A stretch of DNA of 64,000 nucleotides, from assembly GCA_964646815.1 (NCBI GenBank), contig CAZYFH010000017.1, positions 2,624-66,623 of the forward strand. The letters are read 5' to 3'. Origin of the DNA: an uncultured Vicinamibacteraceae bacterium. Lineage in GTDB: Bacteria > Acidobacteriota > Vicinamibacteria > Vicinamibacterales > UBA8438. The first letter of the stretch is position 1. Each line of letters begins with the position of its first letter. The notes under the pieces are model-generated. The model was not told where the DNA came from and did no database searches. It saw only the letters and a list, made by a program, of their open reading frames with translations. Below are positions 37,942 to 47,146 of this stretch, piece by piece. A program made the position numbers and the translations under genes.

Positions 37942-38562
37942 TCACGAAGCGCGTAGCACGTCCACGGCGAGGGCGAGGCATCGCTCGAACTCGTCCAACC
38001 GCCCGTAGTGATCCCCGCTCGGCACGCTCCCGTCAGCGCCGAGCGACCCGGTCTCGGCCGGCACGACGATCGTCGCCCCGCTGCCGATGACTGCGTAGTC
38101 GAGCATCAGGTTGTCGGTTAGACCGAACGTTTCGATCATCAGGCCGTTGGGATCGCGAAGGATGCCGTCGGGGTCCTGAATCGGCGCCACCGCGTGGGCG
38201 GTTCGCGTCGTAAAGTTCTGCGCGACGGTCGAATACGCGAACACCGGAAGGCCGCGCCCGCGTGCGAACCCTATCTCATAGGCGGTGCCGACGTCCGCGC
38301 TCGGGCCACGGAATGGCGTGACGTTCGCGATGACGAGATGACACGTCTCAATCAAGGCCTCATTGCCCCTGGCAATCGCATATCCGCTTGCCGGGACGGG
38401 CGTGGTGGGCACCTCGTTATCGGCGGGATAGACGCCTTCGAATCCGTGCGTCGCGCACAGCGCCTTCTTTGCTACACCGACGTCTCGCGAGTTGGACAGG
38501 AAGACTTCAGGTCCGGCCAGGTAGACACGTGAGTGTGCGGTCGTCCGCGTGGAAACAGTCAC
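37942..38562 (-). CDS. Nucleoside 2-deoxyribosyltransferase family protein
   Basis: 206 aa. VYLAGPEVF..., ...CHLVIANVTPFRGPSADVGTAYEIGFARGRGLPVFAY contains the family Asp/Glu catalytic region. The start overlaps the msrB stop by 4 nt. Confidence 0.75.
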   Translation of the reverse strand: MTVSTRTTAHSRVYLAGPEVFLSNSRDVGVAKKALCATHGFEGVYPADNEVPTTPVPASGYAIARGNEALIETCHLVIANVTPFRGPSADVGTAYEIGFARGRGLPVFAYSTVAQNFTTRTAHAVAPIQDPDGILRDPNGLMIETFGLTDNLMLDYAVIGSGATIVVPAETGSLGADGSVPSGDHYGRLDEFERCLALAVDVLRAS

Positions 38563-38990
38563 GCGCGGAGGGGCGGCATGTCGTCGCCGGCCGGGACGAA
38601 CTTCAGCGCGACACCGTTATTGCAGTAGCGTTTACCGGTCGGCGGCGGACCGTCCTTGAATACATGGCCCTGGTGGCCGCCGCAGCGGCCGCAGTGGTAT
38701 TCGGTGCGTGGCAGGATGAGCTTGAAGTCGGTCTTGGTCCCGAGGTGGCCAGGGATCCCGTCGAAGAAGCTGGGCCAGCCGGTGCCGCTGTTGTACTTCG
38801 TCGACGCCTCGAACAGCGGCAAGTGGCACGCCGCGCAAATGAACGTCCCCTCACGCTTCTCGCCGTTCAGCGCACTCGTGCCCGCCGACTCAGTCGCCTC
38901 CCTGAACAACACGGCGTAGGCGTCGTCGGGAAGGAGCGCTCGCCACTCCTCACGTGGTTTATCTAGCTTTTCGATCGTCGTCTCAGCCAT
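38559..38990 (-). CDS. msrB: Peptide-methionine (R)-S-oxide reductase
   Basis: 143 aa. CAACHLPLF...GTGWPSFF...EYHCGRCGGHQGHVFKDGPPPTGKRYCNNG carries the two CxxC zinc motifs and the catalytic RYC. Confidence 0.95.
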   Translation of the reverse strand: MAETTIEKLDKPREEWRALLPDDAYAVLFREATESAGTSALNGEKREGTFICAACHLPLFEASTKYNSGTGWPSFFDGIPGHLGTKTDFKLILPRTEYHCGRCGGHQGHVFKDGPPPTGKRYCNNGVALKFVPAGDDMPPLRA

Positions 38991-39025
38991 GATCGTGAAC
39001 CTCTCCGTAAGCCTTGAACTCGCCG

Positions 39026-41851
39026 CTAATACCGAAACAGATACTGCAGCTTGGTAAAGAACGCGCGGTTCGTCCGCCGCAGCGCCGTTCCTGGAAAGAA
39101 CTCGTCGTAGAACTGATCAAGCTGCTGGTAGTGATCGTCGTAACCGACGTAGAACACCGTCAAGGCGTTGATCCGATAGGTGATGAGGAAGTTCAGCGCG
39201 AGCGTCTTCGCAAAGGAGTTGTACTCCGTGATGTTTCGGATCAGCAAACGGTCGGTGAACGTGAAGGTGCTGAGCGCGCGGAACAGCTTGACATTGAACA
39301 CCTCGACGTCACCCGACCGGACGTCCGTGAACTGACTGGTGTTTACGTTGATCTGAGACGTCAGGCGCGGAACGGGGCGGAGATTGGCGAACAGTCGCGC
39401 GCTCGAGCCCCGGCCGAGATACGGGTTAGTCGGGTCGTAGAAGATTTCCTCCCCCCAGCTGTAACCTGCCCCGAAACCGAAGAGACGATTGGTGTTGACA
39501 TTGGAGAACACGTTGTAGAGCGCCCGGTTGAAATCGATGCCGCCGAAACGTTCGAGGAGACGGTTCGAGTTGACGCCGAGGCTGATGTTCTTGGCGAATT
39601 GGAGATTCAGCGCCAGGTCCCGTCTCTCGTCTTCGCGAATCCCTTCGTGGTTATAGCTCAGTTCGTAGCTGACACTCGGTCCCCAGCTGATGATCCAGCT
39701 CTCGGGCCACCAGCGGTAGCCGACGCTGACGCCCCCCAGGCGCTGATCCACGCGGCGCACGAAGCCGACGTCGGTGCGGAAGTCGGGATCGATCAGACCC
39801 GCGAACGTCGAGGCGCTCAGGTTGCGCCCGTTGTGCGTCAGGAGGGCGCCTGCCATCGGCCCGCTGCGCTCCCGCCCCGCCTCGTCCCGATGCGTCGACT
39901 GCACCGCCACGAAATTGAACCGACTCGTCTGTCCCAAACGGAACTGCCCATCGACGCCGCCGACCCGACTGTAACCGTCGAGGAACTCACGGTCGGTCAC
40001 GATCGCGCCGATATGGGATTCGGCGTAGAGGTCGTATTTGGCGCGGCCGATCACGACTTGGGCCGTCTGGCCGAACCCCGGGTCGAACGGGTCGTCGCGC
40101 TTGCCGGGCGCTGCGTCGTCGGCCACCAGGACGCCGAGCGTCGTCCGACCCACCTTGCCGGTCAGCTTGCCTCCGACGTAGGGGTCGACGACCGTGCGCG
40201 TGTGCACCAGGTTGACCGGCGAGGTGAAGCTGAAGATTTCCTGGCCCTCGAGAAAAAAGGGCCGGAGCTCCGAGAAGAAGAGCGGGAAGCGCTGGTTGAT
40301 GTCGATCTGCGCTAGGTCGGACTCGATCTGCGAGAAATCGGGATTGAACGCGAGATCGGCCGTCAGATTTGACGTGATTCCGTACTTGATGTTGACACCG
40401 GCCTGGGGCGTCGTCCCTTGGTCGACGAATCCGCCGGTCGTGTCGTCGAGCGAACCGAACTTAATGGCGGTGAAGGTCGGCAGGATCTCCAGGTTGCGGC
40501 TGGTCGACAGATCGGTCATCCCCTCCAGCACGCCCATCTGCGCCATGAACCCCGAGATGTCGCGCGACATCGGTGCCCAGACGGCGTTCTCGGCGTTCTT
40601 CGCCTTGATCTCGCGCACAATTTGGAATCCCCACCGGTGCGGGGTCCCCGACGGCTGTTCCGGGTAGCGGAAGCTCTTGAACGGGATCGCCATCTCGGCG
40701 GTGTAGCCGTCCTCGACGATCTGGGCACCCGAGTAGAACAGCGTGTCCCATGATCGGTCGGGATTGGGGATCGCATTGCCGCCGCCGTCACCGCCGAACC
40801 CGCCCGCGGTGATGATCCCGTCCCCCTGCACGTTGTAGGCGTTGACGTCGAAGTCGTAGCAGCGCTGCTGGCTCATGAAGGTGTCCAGATACACGGTCAT
40901 CAGGTCGTCCTGCCATGCCCGGTCGCGATCGACGCGGTTCGCGCGCATGATGCTCCGGTCCTCGTAATGGAGGTAGAAACCGAAGTACAAGTGCTCACTG
41001 TCGTAGGCGAGGTAGACCTCCGTCTGCTCAGTGGCCGGCGCCCCATCGAGCGGCGCCTGCTGGACGAACTCGGTGATGACGGCTGCTGTGCGCCAGACCT
41101 CGTCGTCGAGCCGGCCGTCGATCGCGGGCGGTGCATCGGTGCGCCGTGGCCGTGCCACGGGCCGGCCAGCGAGGATGCCGAGATCCGCAGGCGTGCCGGC
41201 GGCACCGGACGCATCTATCCGAGTCGCGTCGGTGCGACCGCCCGGAGCGGCTGCGCCGTTGGCGCGCCGTACCGCCGCCTCGGGCTCCGGTCGCGACGCT
41301 CGTCCCAGCGCCCGCGCGTCTCCCGCGAACGGCCCAAACCCCTGGCCGAGCTCCGCCACGATGCGGTCCTGCAATGCAAAGACATCGGCGATCGTACCAT
41401 CGATGGTGATGCTCTGCGCGACATCGCCGGATCCAACGTCGATGACGCGCGCCGTGACGCGGACTCGATCGCCGGCCCGCTGGACACCACCGGCGACGAC
41501 CCAGCGGACACCGAGCGCCCGCCCGATGCGCGACGTCATCTCGTCGCGTGGCCCTCCGTCGCCAATCGCCGACGCCCGCTCAAGCACCGCCTCCGGCCCG
41601 ACCACATCCAGCACGCCGAGTCGATCGAGATCCGCGGTGACCGTCTCGGCGATGCCGCGTCCGATCCAGTCGTCCGCCGCGGTCCCGGAGATGTTCACGA
41701 ACGGAAGGACGGCAACGGCGGCCGCGAGTGCCGCCTGCTCATCGCCGCGCCGAGTCGACTGCGTCTTTGATTCGGTGACCGCGACCATGGTGAGGCAGAT
41801 GGCCAGCGCGACCGTGAGCCGGAAACGACACGGCGATCCAAGATCCGTCAT
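39026..41851 (-). CDS. Outer-membrane protein with N-terminal TolB-like module, CBM9-like domain and DUF5916-type beta-barrel
   Basis: 941 aa. Signal peptide. AVLPFVNISGTAADDWIGRGIAETVTADL. AIDGRLDDEVWRTAAVITEFVQQAPLDGAPATEQTEVYLAYDSEHLYFGF (CBM9-like). Long beta-rich C-terminal part ending ...FFTKLQYLFRY. Confidence 0.7.
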   Translation of the reverse strand: MTDLGSPCRFRLTVALAICLTMVAVTESKTQSTRRGDEQAALAAAVAVLPFVNISGTAADDWIGRGIAETVTADLDRLGVLDVVGPEAVLERASAIGDGGPRDEMTSRIGRALGVRWVVAGGVQRAGDRVRVTARVIDVGSGDVAQSITIDGTIADVFALQDRIVAELGQGFGPFAGDARALGRASRPEPEAAVRRANGAAAPGGRTDATRIDASGAAGTPADLGILAGRPVARPRRTDAPPAIDGRLDDEVWRTAAVITEFVQQAPLDGAPATEQTEVYLAYDSEHLYFGFYLHYEDRSIMRANRVDRDRAWQDDLMTVYLDTFMSQQRCYDFDVNAYNVQGDGIITAGGFGGDGGGNAIPNPDRSWDTLFYSGAQIVEDGYTAEMAIPFKSFRYPEQPSGTPHRWGFQIVREIKAKNAENAVWAPMSRDISGFMAQMGVLEGMTDLSTSRNLEILPTFTAIKFGSLDDTTGGFVDQGTTPQAGVNIKYGITSNLTADLAFNPDFSQIESDLAQIDINQRFPLFFSELRPFFLEGQEIFSFTSPVNLVHTRTVVDPYVGGKLTGKVGRTTLGVLVADDAAPGKRDDPFDPGFGQTAQVVIGRAKYDLYAESHIGAIVTDREFLDGYSRVGGVDGQFRLGQTSRFNFVAVQSTHRDEAGRERSGPMAGALLTHNGRNLSASTFAGLIDPDFRTDVGFVRRVDQRLGGVSVGYRWWPESWIISWGPSVSYELSYNHEGIREDERRDLALNLQFAKNISLGVNSNRLLERFGGIDFNRALYNVFSNVNTNRLFGFGAGYSWGEEIFYDPTNPYLGRGSSARLFANLRPVPRLTSQINVNTSQFTDVRSGDVEVFNVKLFRALSTFTFTDRLLIRNITEYNSFAKTLALNFLITYRINALTVFYVGYDDHYQQLDQFYDEFFPGTALRRTNRAFFTKLQYLFRY

Positions 41852-41953
41852 CGTGAAACGGGGAAGCGAGCTGCCGGTCAGATCAATCGTGCTTGGGCGA
41901 GGACGCCGGCCGCCACCCTATCGTGTCGTCCGGACCAGCGTACGATCATTGTA

Positions 41954-42493
41954 GTGTCTCGCGCCGGAAGTCGTGTGAACGCCGAGACCGTGGAGGCGCC
42001 TGGTAGGTGCCTCCCGGAGCGCCCACGCGGACGGCCAAGGGAAGGGTGGCCTCGCCCTTGCCTCAGGTCCCCGGCGCGCGCCCTCGCAATCGTCGACGAA
42101 ATAGGGCACAGTGAAATCACTGGGAGAAGGTGCAAGACGTCGATGATATCGACGATGCGTCCAGCCATGGTCGTCCGATGCCTGCGGCTCGACGGGTCGA
42201 GCAGTACCTCGTTCCCGTCGGGGCACAGCTCCGGCACGTTTGCGTCGGCAGCCGTGCTCCACCACCACTACGGCTGGAAGGCAGGGTTGCCGGCCCACGG
42301 CATGGCGTCGTGGGTGGCCGCGTCGCGTCTGAACGAGAACCGGCACTTTCTCAGCAACGTGGCGTTTGGCGCGGCAGTCGGTCTGCTTGGCGTCCGGACC
42401 GTGACGCTCGACTACGGGTCGACCCGGTTCGAGGTTGCGCCGCTCGCGGCGCCCGCTGGGACCGGCGTACAGGTGAGGGTGCTCGGGCGCTAG
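41954..42493 (+). CDS. PAP2-family phosphatase-like protein, apparently lacking the N-terminal membrane helices (possible relic)
   Basis: K-x7-RP, SFPSGHSSGTFA and SRLNENRHFLSNVAFGAAVG correspond to PAP2 motifs C1-C3, with Asn where the C3 Asp is expected. No hydrophobic N-terminal region exists in any frame upstream. Confidence 0.45.
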   Translation: MSRAGSRVNAETVEAPGRCLPERPRGRPREGWPRPCLRSPARALAIVDEIGHSEITGRRCKTSMISTMRPAMVVRCLRLDGSSSTSFPSGHSSGTFASAAVLHHHYGWKAGLPAHGMASWVAASRLNENRHFLSNVAFGAAVGLLGVRTVTLDYGSTRFEVAPLAAPAGTGVQVRVLGR

Positions 42494-42621
42494 TCCGGCC
42501 GCGCCACAGCACGTCGATGAGTACATGCACGGCGGGAGGCAATCTGTCGCGGGGGCGGCACCACCAGGCATCGTTCGTCGTGCTCGCCCTCCCCGAGGGC
42601 GAACCGTCACACTAGTAGACC

Positions 42622-43908
42622 GTGGATCGCCTCATCCTGCTCGTCGCGGCGCTAGCGGCGGCCGGGAACGCCGCCGCGCTCACGGTGTCCTTCTCGGTAT
42701 CGCATCGTCACCCGGCCATCGAGTACGGGACACGCCCACGCATGGACCGTGTGGCGCAGCTCCACGCCCGGCTTCGCTCCGGGGACGCGACGCTGACGGC
42801 CGAGCCAGAACGCGGGTTCCTTCGATCGCTGCTCGACGCCCTGGACGTACCGGTCGAGTCGCAGTCACTCGTCTTCTCTAAGACGAGCTTGCAGTCCAGG
42901 TTCATCGGCCCCGACAACCCGCGCGCGATCTACTTCACCGATGACGTCGCCGTCGCCTGGGTGCGTGGCGCGCCCTCGATCGAGGTCGCCGCGCACGATC
43001 CAGCACAGGGCGTCATGTTCTACGCCCTCAGCCAGCGGGCGCCGGCCGCGCATGGGTTTCAACGACCTCGGTCGTGCCTGGAATGCCATATCTCGGAGGC
43101 AACCCTTGACGTGCCCGGGCTTGCGGTTGGCAGCACCGTCGTCGACCCCGACGGCGTGCCGTATGCATCGGTTGCCGTCGATCATCGGACGGCCGTCGAG
43201 TCGCGATGGGGCGGATGGTATGTCACCGGCAGGACCGGCGTCGGGCGCCACGTCGGCAACACGGTTGCGTCTGATCCCGCGGACCCGATGCTCCGGCACG
43301 ACTCCGCCAGTTTCAACCTCGCTACGGTCGCGGACCGTTTCGACACCTCCGGGTACCTGACACCTCGGAGCGACGTCGCGGCGTTGATGGTGCTCGAGCA
43401 CCAGACTCACATGACGAACCTGCTGACGCTCACTGGCTGGGAGTTCCGGGTTTCGACGTTCGAGAGCCGCGTCACCAGTGGGCTGCTGACGTCACCAGCG
43501 TCCGGGCCCGATGATCCGGCGCTCCGCGAAACGGTGCGTACCCTCGTCGACTACATGCTCTTCATTGACGAGGCGCCGCTGACGGATACCATCGTCGGCA
43601 CTGCCGGCTTCAACGACGCGTTCGAGGCGCGCGGACCCTTTGACCGCCGAGGCCGGTCGCTCCGGCAGATCGATCTCGATCGCCGGCTCTTCACATACCC
43701 CTGCAGCTACATGATCTACACGGCCGCGTTCGATGCGCTGCCGGCCGAGGCGAAGGACGCCGTCTATCGACGCCTCTGGCGCGTCCTCTCTGGCGGTGAC
43801 CCGGATCCGCGGTACGCCCGGCTTTCGCCAGACGACCGCCGGAACATTATCGACATCCTGCGTGACACCGACCCGAATTTGCCGGACTGGTTCCGGTCGG
43901 CCGACTGA
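42622..43908 (+). CDS. Conserved-looking hypothetical secreted protein with a single CxxCH motif
   Basis: 428 aa. Signal-like MDRLILLVAALAAAGNAAA. ...SLVFSKTSLQSRFIGPDNPRAIYFTDDVAVAWV..., ...RSCLECHIS.... No family name recalled. Confidence 0.55.
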   Translation: MDRLILLVAALAAAGNAAALTVSFSVSHRHPAIEYGTRPRMDRVAQLHARLRSGDATLTAEPERGFLRSLLDALDVPVESQSLVFSKTSLQSRFIGPDNPRAIYFTDDVAVAWVRGAPSIEVAAHDPAQGVMFYALSQRAPAAHGFQRPRSCLECHISEATLDVPGLAVGSTVVDPDGVPYASVAVDHRTAVESRWGGWYVTGRTGVGRHVGNTVASDPADPMLRHDSASFNLATVADRFDTSGYLTPRSDVAALMVLEHQTHMTNLLTLTGWEFRVSTFESRVTSGLLTSPASGPDDPALRETVRTLVDYMLFIDEAPLTDTIVGTAGFNDAFEARGPFDRRGRSLRQIDLDRRLFTYPCSYMIYTAAFDALPAEAKDAVYRRLWRVLSGGDPDPRYARLSPDDRRNIIDILRDTDPNLPDWFRSAD

Positions 43909-44486
43909 GGTAGGGAGACGGCGACGGACGCCTGCCGAGCACACGACGACCGCGCCGGTCACCACACGCAATCCGCACACTGTCTCGAATCTGGACACAG
44001 ATCAAAAATCTGACCCCGCGGAGATCGGGCCTCACGACCCGCGTCGAGAGAGCCCCGATTCCTCACGCGTTTCCTATCCGCCAAGGCGTCTTGGATGGCA
44101 CATGCTTTGCTTCAGTCTAGGCCAGGAGACAACGCGATGAGACCTCAGCCGTTCGTGTGGGAAGTTCCGGTGCGCCCCGAGGTACATGACGACGCAGCTC
44201 GCTGAGCTGCGAACTCTGACACATGATAGGTACACAACGTCGTGAAGAAGGCCTCCTCGAGGCGGGTAATGGGTCGCGACAACAAGAACTATATGCTGCA
44301 GATTTCGATCGGCCTCCCAAAGACGAGTCGGGCCGTGGTCACGGTCCGGTTGAGCGGTGGCGGATGGTCGAAGCCACGTCTGACCGAGCGGTTCGAGATG
44401 GCGTGCGCGTCATAAAGGCACGCTTGGCGCACGCGCGAACCGTGCCACTGACAGGTGTGCCCGTCCGCACCTGACACAATGGATGC

Positions 44487-46337
44487 GTGCCGCGCGCTGA
44501 TGACCCTGTCCCCGCAGACCCCCGCGCCGCGTACACCGACCGACTCGACGCCCGGCGCGCCGCGCACGCCACACTGGTGCACCGGCACCGGCAACTGGGC
44601 ACCCTTCGCCTCCTGACGCTTGGCTTGGCGGGTGCGCTCGGCGTCGCCATGCTCGGCGGCGTCGGCCCCTCGGGCTGGTGGCTGCTCGCACCGCTCGCGA
44701 TCGTGGTCGTCCTTGGCGTCGTCTTGAATCGCCTGGAAGCAAGACGCGACCGGCGCGCGCGCGCCATCGCCTTCTACACGCGCGCGATCGCCAGGCTCGA
44801 CGACTGCTGGGCCGGGACGGGCGAGACCGGCGCGCGCTTTCTCGATGAGCAGCACCTCTACGCACGAGACCTCGACCTGTTCGGCGAGGGGTCGCTCTTC
44901 CAGTTCCTGACCCACGCGCGGACCCGGATGGGCGAGGAGACGCTGGCAGCGTGGCTGCTGGCCCCGGCTGACGCAGAGACCGTCGTCGCCCGGCAAGCCG
45001 CGGTCCGCGAGCTCGCGTACAACCTCGACCTCCGGGAGGACCTCGCCGTGCTCGGCGAGGACGCGCGCACCGGCGTGCGCCCCGACGCGCTCGCGGCTTG
45101 GGGGGAACAGCGGGAGCTCCTTCCGGGGCCGGGATTTCGGTCGGCGGTGCGTGTCCTGTCCGTCTTCGGTGGCCTCGCTATCGGCGGGGCCGTCACGGTC
45201 GCGCTCGCGGCGGAAGGGTCCGTCGCGCTGACGACCGGGGTCGCGTCGACCCTGCGCGCGGTGTTCGTGCTCGCGCTCGTCGGGAACGGAACCGCGGTTT
45301 GGCGCCTCAGGCACAGTCTGGGGCGGATCTTCGCTGCGGTCGACGCCGCCGTACACGACCTGAATCTCCTCGCCGACGTCTTGCGCCGACTTGAGGCCGA
45401 ACGTTTCACTTCCCCGCGACTGGTGGCGCTCCAGACCTCGCTTCAGGTCGATGGCGATCCGCCGTCCCGGCGGCTTGCGCGTTTGAACCGGCTCATGGGC
45501 TACGTCGACTCCCGGCACAATTTCTTCGCGCGAATCGTCGGCCTGTTCATACTGTGGGACATCCATCTCGCGTACGCGGTCGAAGCGTGGCGCCGGAAGT
45601 CAGGCGCGGGGCTCAAGCGGTGGCTCGAGGCGGTCGGTGAATTCGAGGCACTGTCGTCGATGGCGAGCTATCGCTACGAGCGCCCCGCAGCGGTCTTTCC
45701 GGAACTGGTCACCGACGCGTCGGTGTTCCAGGCCGATGACCTCGCGCACCCGCTGCTCGACCAGCGCGCGGTCGCCAACGACGTGTCGCTCGCGGCCGGG
45801 CCGCAGGTTCTCGTCGTCAGCGGCTCGAACATGTCCGGTAAGAGCACGCTGCTGCGTACGGTCGGCGTCAGCGCGGTGCTCGCCCAGGCCGGCGCGCCCG
45901 TCCGCGCCCGCGCGCTTCGACTGTCGACGCTCGGCGTCGGCGCGTCGATCCGTCTCCTCGATTCACTGCAGGACGGGACTTCCCGGTTCTACGCAGAGAT
46001 CACGCGGCTGCGCCAAATCATGGACGCCGCCGGGGGTACCCCCCCCGTGCTATTCCTGATTGACGAACTGCTGCACGGCACCAACTCGCACGACCGAAGG
46101 GTCGGCGCCGCGGCCATCGTCGGTGGCCTGGCGGATCGCGGCGCGATCGGTCTCGTGACGACTCACGACCTCGCGCTGACCGAGATCGCCGACACCCTGG
46201 CAACACGCGGTGGCAACGTCCATTTCGCCGATCACCTCGAGAACGGACGGCTCCGGTTCGACTACCGAATGCGGCCGGGCATTGTCGAGAAGAGTAATGC
46301 CGTCGATCTGATGCGTTCGGTCGGCCTCGACGTGTGA
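44487..46337 (+). CDS. MutS-related ATPase (MutS domain V only) with membrane-spanning N-terminal half
   Basis: 616 aa. VLVVSGSNMSGKSTLLRTVG (Walker A), SRFYAEI, LFLIDELLHGTNSHDR (Walker B), VTTHDL. Hydrophobic segments at the N-terminus. No mismatch-binding domain. Confidence 0.85.
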   Translation: MPRADDPVPADPRAAYTDRLDARRAAHATLVHRHRQLGTLRLLTLGLAGALGVAMLGGVGPSGWWLLAPLAIVVVLGVVLNRLEARRDRRARAIAFYTRAIARLDDCWAGTGETGARFLDEQHLYARDLDLFGEGSLFQFLTHARTRMGEETLAAWLLAPADAETVVARQAAVRELAYNLDLREDLAVLGEDARTGVRPDALAAWGEQRELLPGPGFRSAVRVLSVFGGLAIGGAVTVALAAEGSVALTTGVASTLRAVFVLALVGNGTAVWRLRHSLGRIFAAVDAAVHDLNLLADVLRRLEAERFTSPRLVALQTSLQVDGDPPSRRLARLNRLMGYVDSRHNFFARIVGLFILWDIHLAYAVEAWRRKSGAGLKRWLEAVGEFEALSSMASYRYERPAAVFPELVTDASVFQADDLAHPLLDQRAVANDVSLAAGPQVLVVSGSNMSGKSTLLRTVGVSAVLAQAGAPVRARALRLSTLGVGASIRLLDSLQDGTSRFYAEITRLRQIMDAAGGTPPVLFLIDELLHGTNSHDRRVGAAAIVGGLADRGAIGLVTTHDLALTEIADTLATRGGNVHFADHLENGRLRFDYRMRPGIVEKSNAVDLMRSVGLDV

Positions 46338-46382
46338 CGCCGAGCGGCGTGCTATGCTCCTCAACTCATATTTTGGGAGGCG

Positions 46383-47021
46383 ATGACGATGCGGGGACTT
46401 TCGTTGATGCTGCTGGTCGTGGTCAGCTCTTTGACGCTCGCGGCGGCGTGTGGCGGCGGCGAGGTCGCGCACGACGCCGGAGCGATGGATCACGCGGACG
46501 CCGAGGCTCCCGCCGAGCCCGACGCCTCCAGCGACATGGGGATGATCGGCGGCGGTCACGCGACGCTGGTCCACGAAGGGCAAGCGGGCAGCCCGCATGT
46601 GAGCGTGCACTGGGGCGTCAACGACGCGAACATCACAATCAGCTATGGCCGGCCGTATCTGAAGGACCGGGTGGTCGGGGAGAGCGTCGAGCCGATGGCC
46701 GACCGCGTCTGGCGCCTGGGCGCCGACGAGGCGACGACGCTGACGACAGACACCGACCTCATGCTTGGCGGCACGCACGTGCCGGCGGGAGAGTACACGC
46801 TCTGGGCCGCCCACATGAACGACGAGTTCCATCTGATCGTCAACAACGAGACCGGACAATGGGGCACGGCCTACAACTCGGACCATGATGTCGCGCACAT
46901 CGCGATGGAGATCGGCACGCTCGACCAGCCGGCGGAACAGCTGATCATCTCGATCGCGGACGGCACACTGGGATTCGACTGGGGCACGATGGCCGCGGGC
47001 GTCACCCTGATGGCGCACTAG
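46383..47021 (+). CDS. DUF2911-family lipoprotein
   Basis: 212 aa. Lipobox LTLAAAC. ISYGRPYLKDRVVGESVEPMADRVWRLGADEATTLTTDTDLMLGGTHVPAGEYTLW...HLIVNNETGQWGTAY matches the DUF2911 pattern. GGGAGG RBS. Confidence 0.75.
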   Translation: MTMRGLSLMLLVVVSSLTLAAACGGGEVAHDAGAMDHADAEAPAEPDASSDMGMIGGGHATLVHEGQAGSPHVSVHWGVNDANITISYGRPYLKDRVVGESVEPMADRVWRLGADEATTLTTDTDLMLGGTHVPAGEYTLWAAHMNDEFHLIVNNETGQWGTAYNSDHDVAHIAMEIGTLDQPAEQLIISIADGTLGFDWGTMAAGVTLMAH

Positions 47022-47146
47022 TGGCGCAACGGCCCGAGGCGCGCACGGCGGGCGTCGCGACCGCGGAGTGGGGCACTCGAGGTCCCCACGCAACGGTCGC
47101 GGGGGGTTGGGGCGAAGGCCCATCTAGACGTAGAACGCCTGCCTGC

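Noticed and set aside
39014-40315. 433-aa plus-strand ORF.
   Set aside because: It is antisense to the 941-aa outer-membrane protein gene. The composition is repetitive and rich in Val/Glu/Arg/Asp, with no motifs.
44223-44474. 83-aa ORF considered as an IS5-family transposase C-terminal remnant.
   Set aside because: The similarity is limited to a loose RW.VE pattern. There are no DDE residues, no inverted repeats and no target duplication. It is kept only as a low-interest note.
44289-45566. 425-aa ORF on the minus strand.
   Set aside because: It is entirely antisense to the well-supported MutS-related gene. Its Arg/Pro/Gly/Glu-rich low-complexity composition is typical of antisense frames in GC-rich DNA, and it has no family motifs.
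46036-46050. GGGGGTACCCCCCC palindrome inside the MutS-related CDS.
   Set aside because: It lies within a conserved coding frame (…AAGGTPPVLF…). It is most simply explained by Gly/Thr/Pro codons in GC-rich DNA rather than by a regulatory element.
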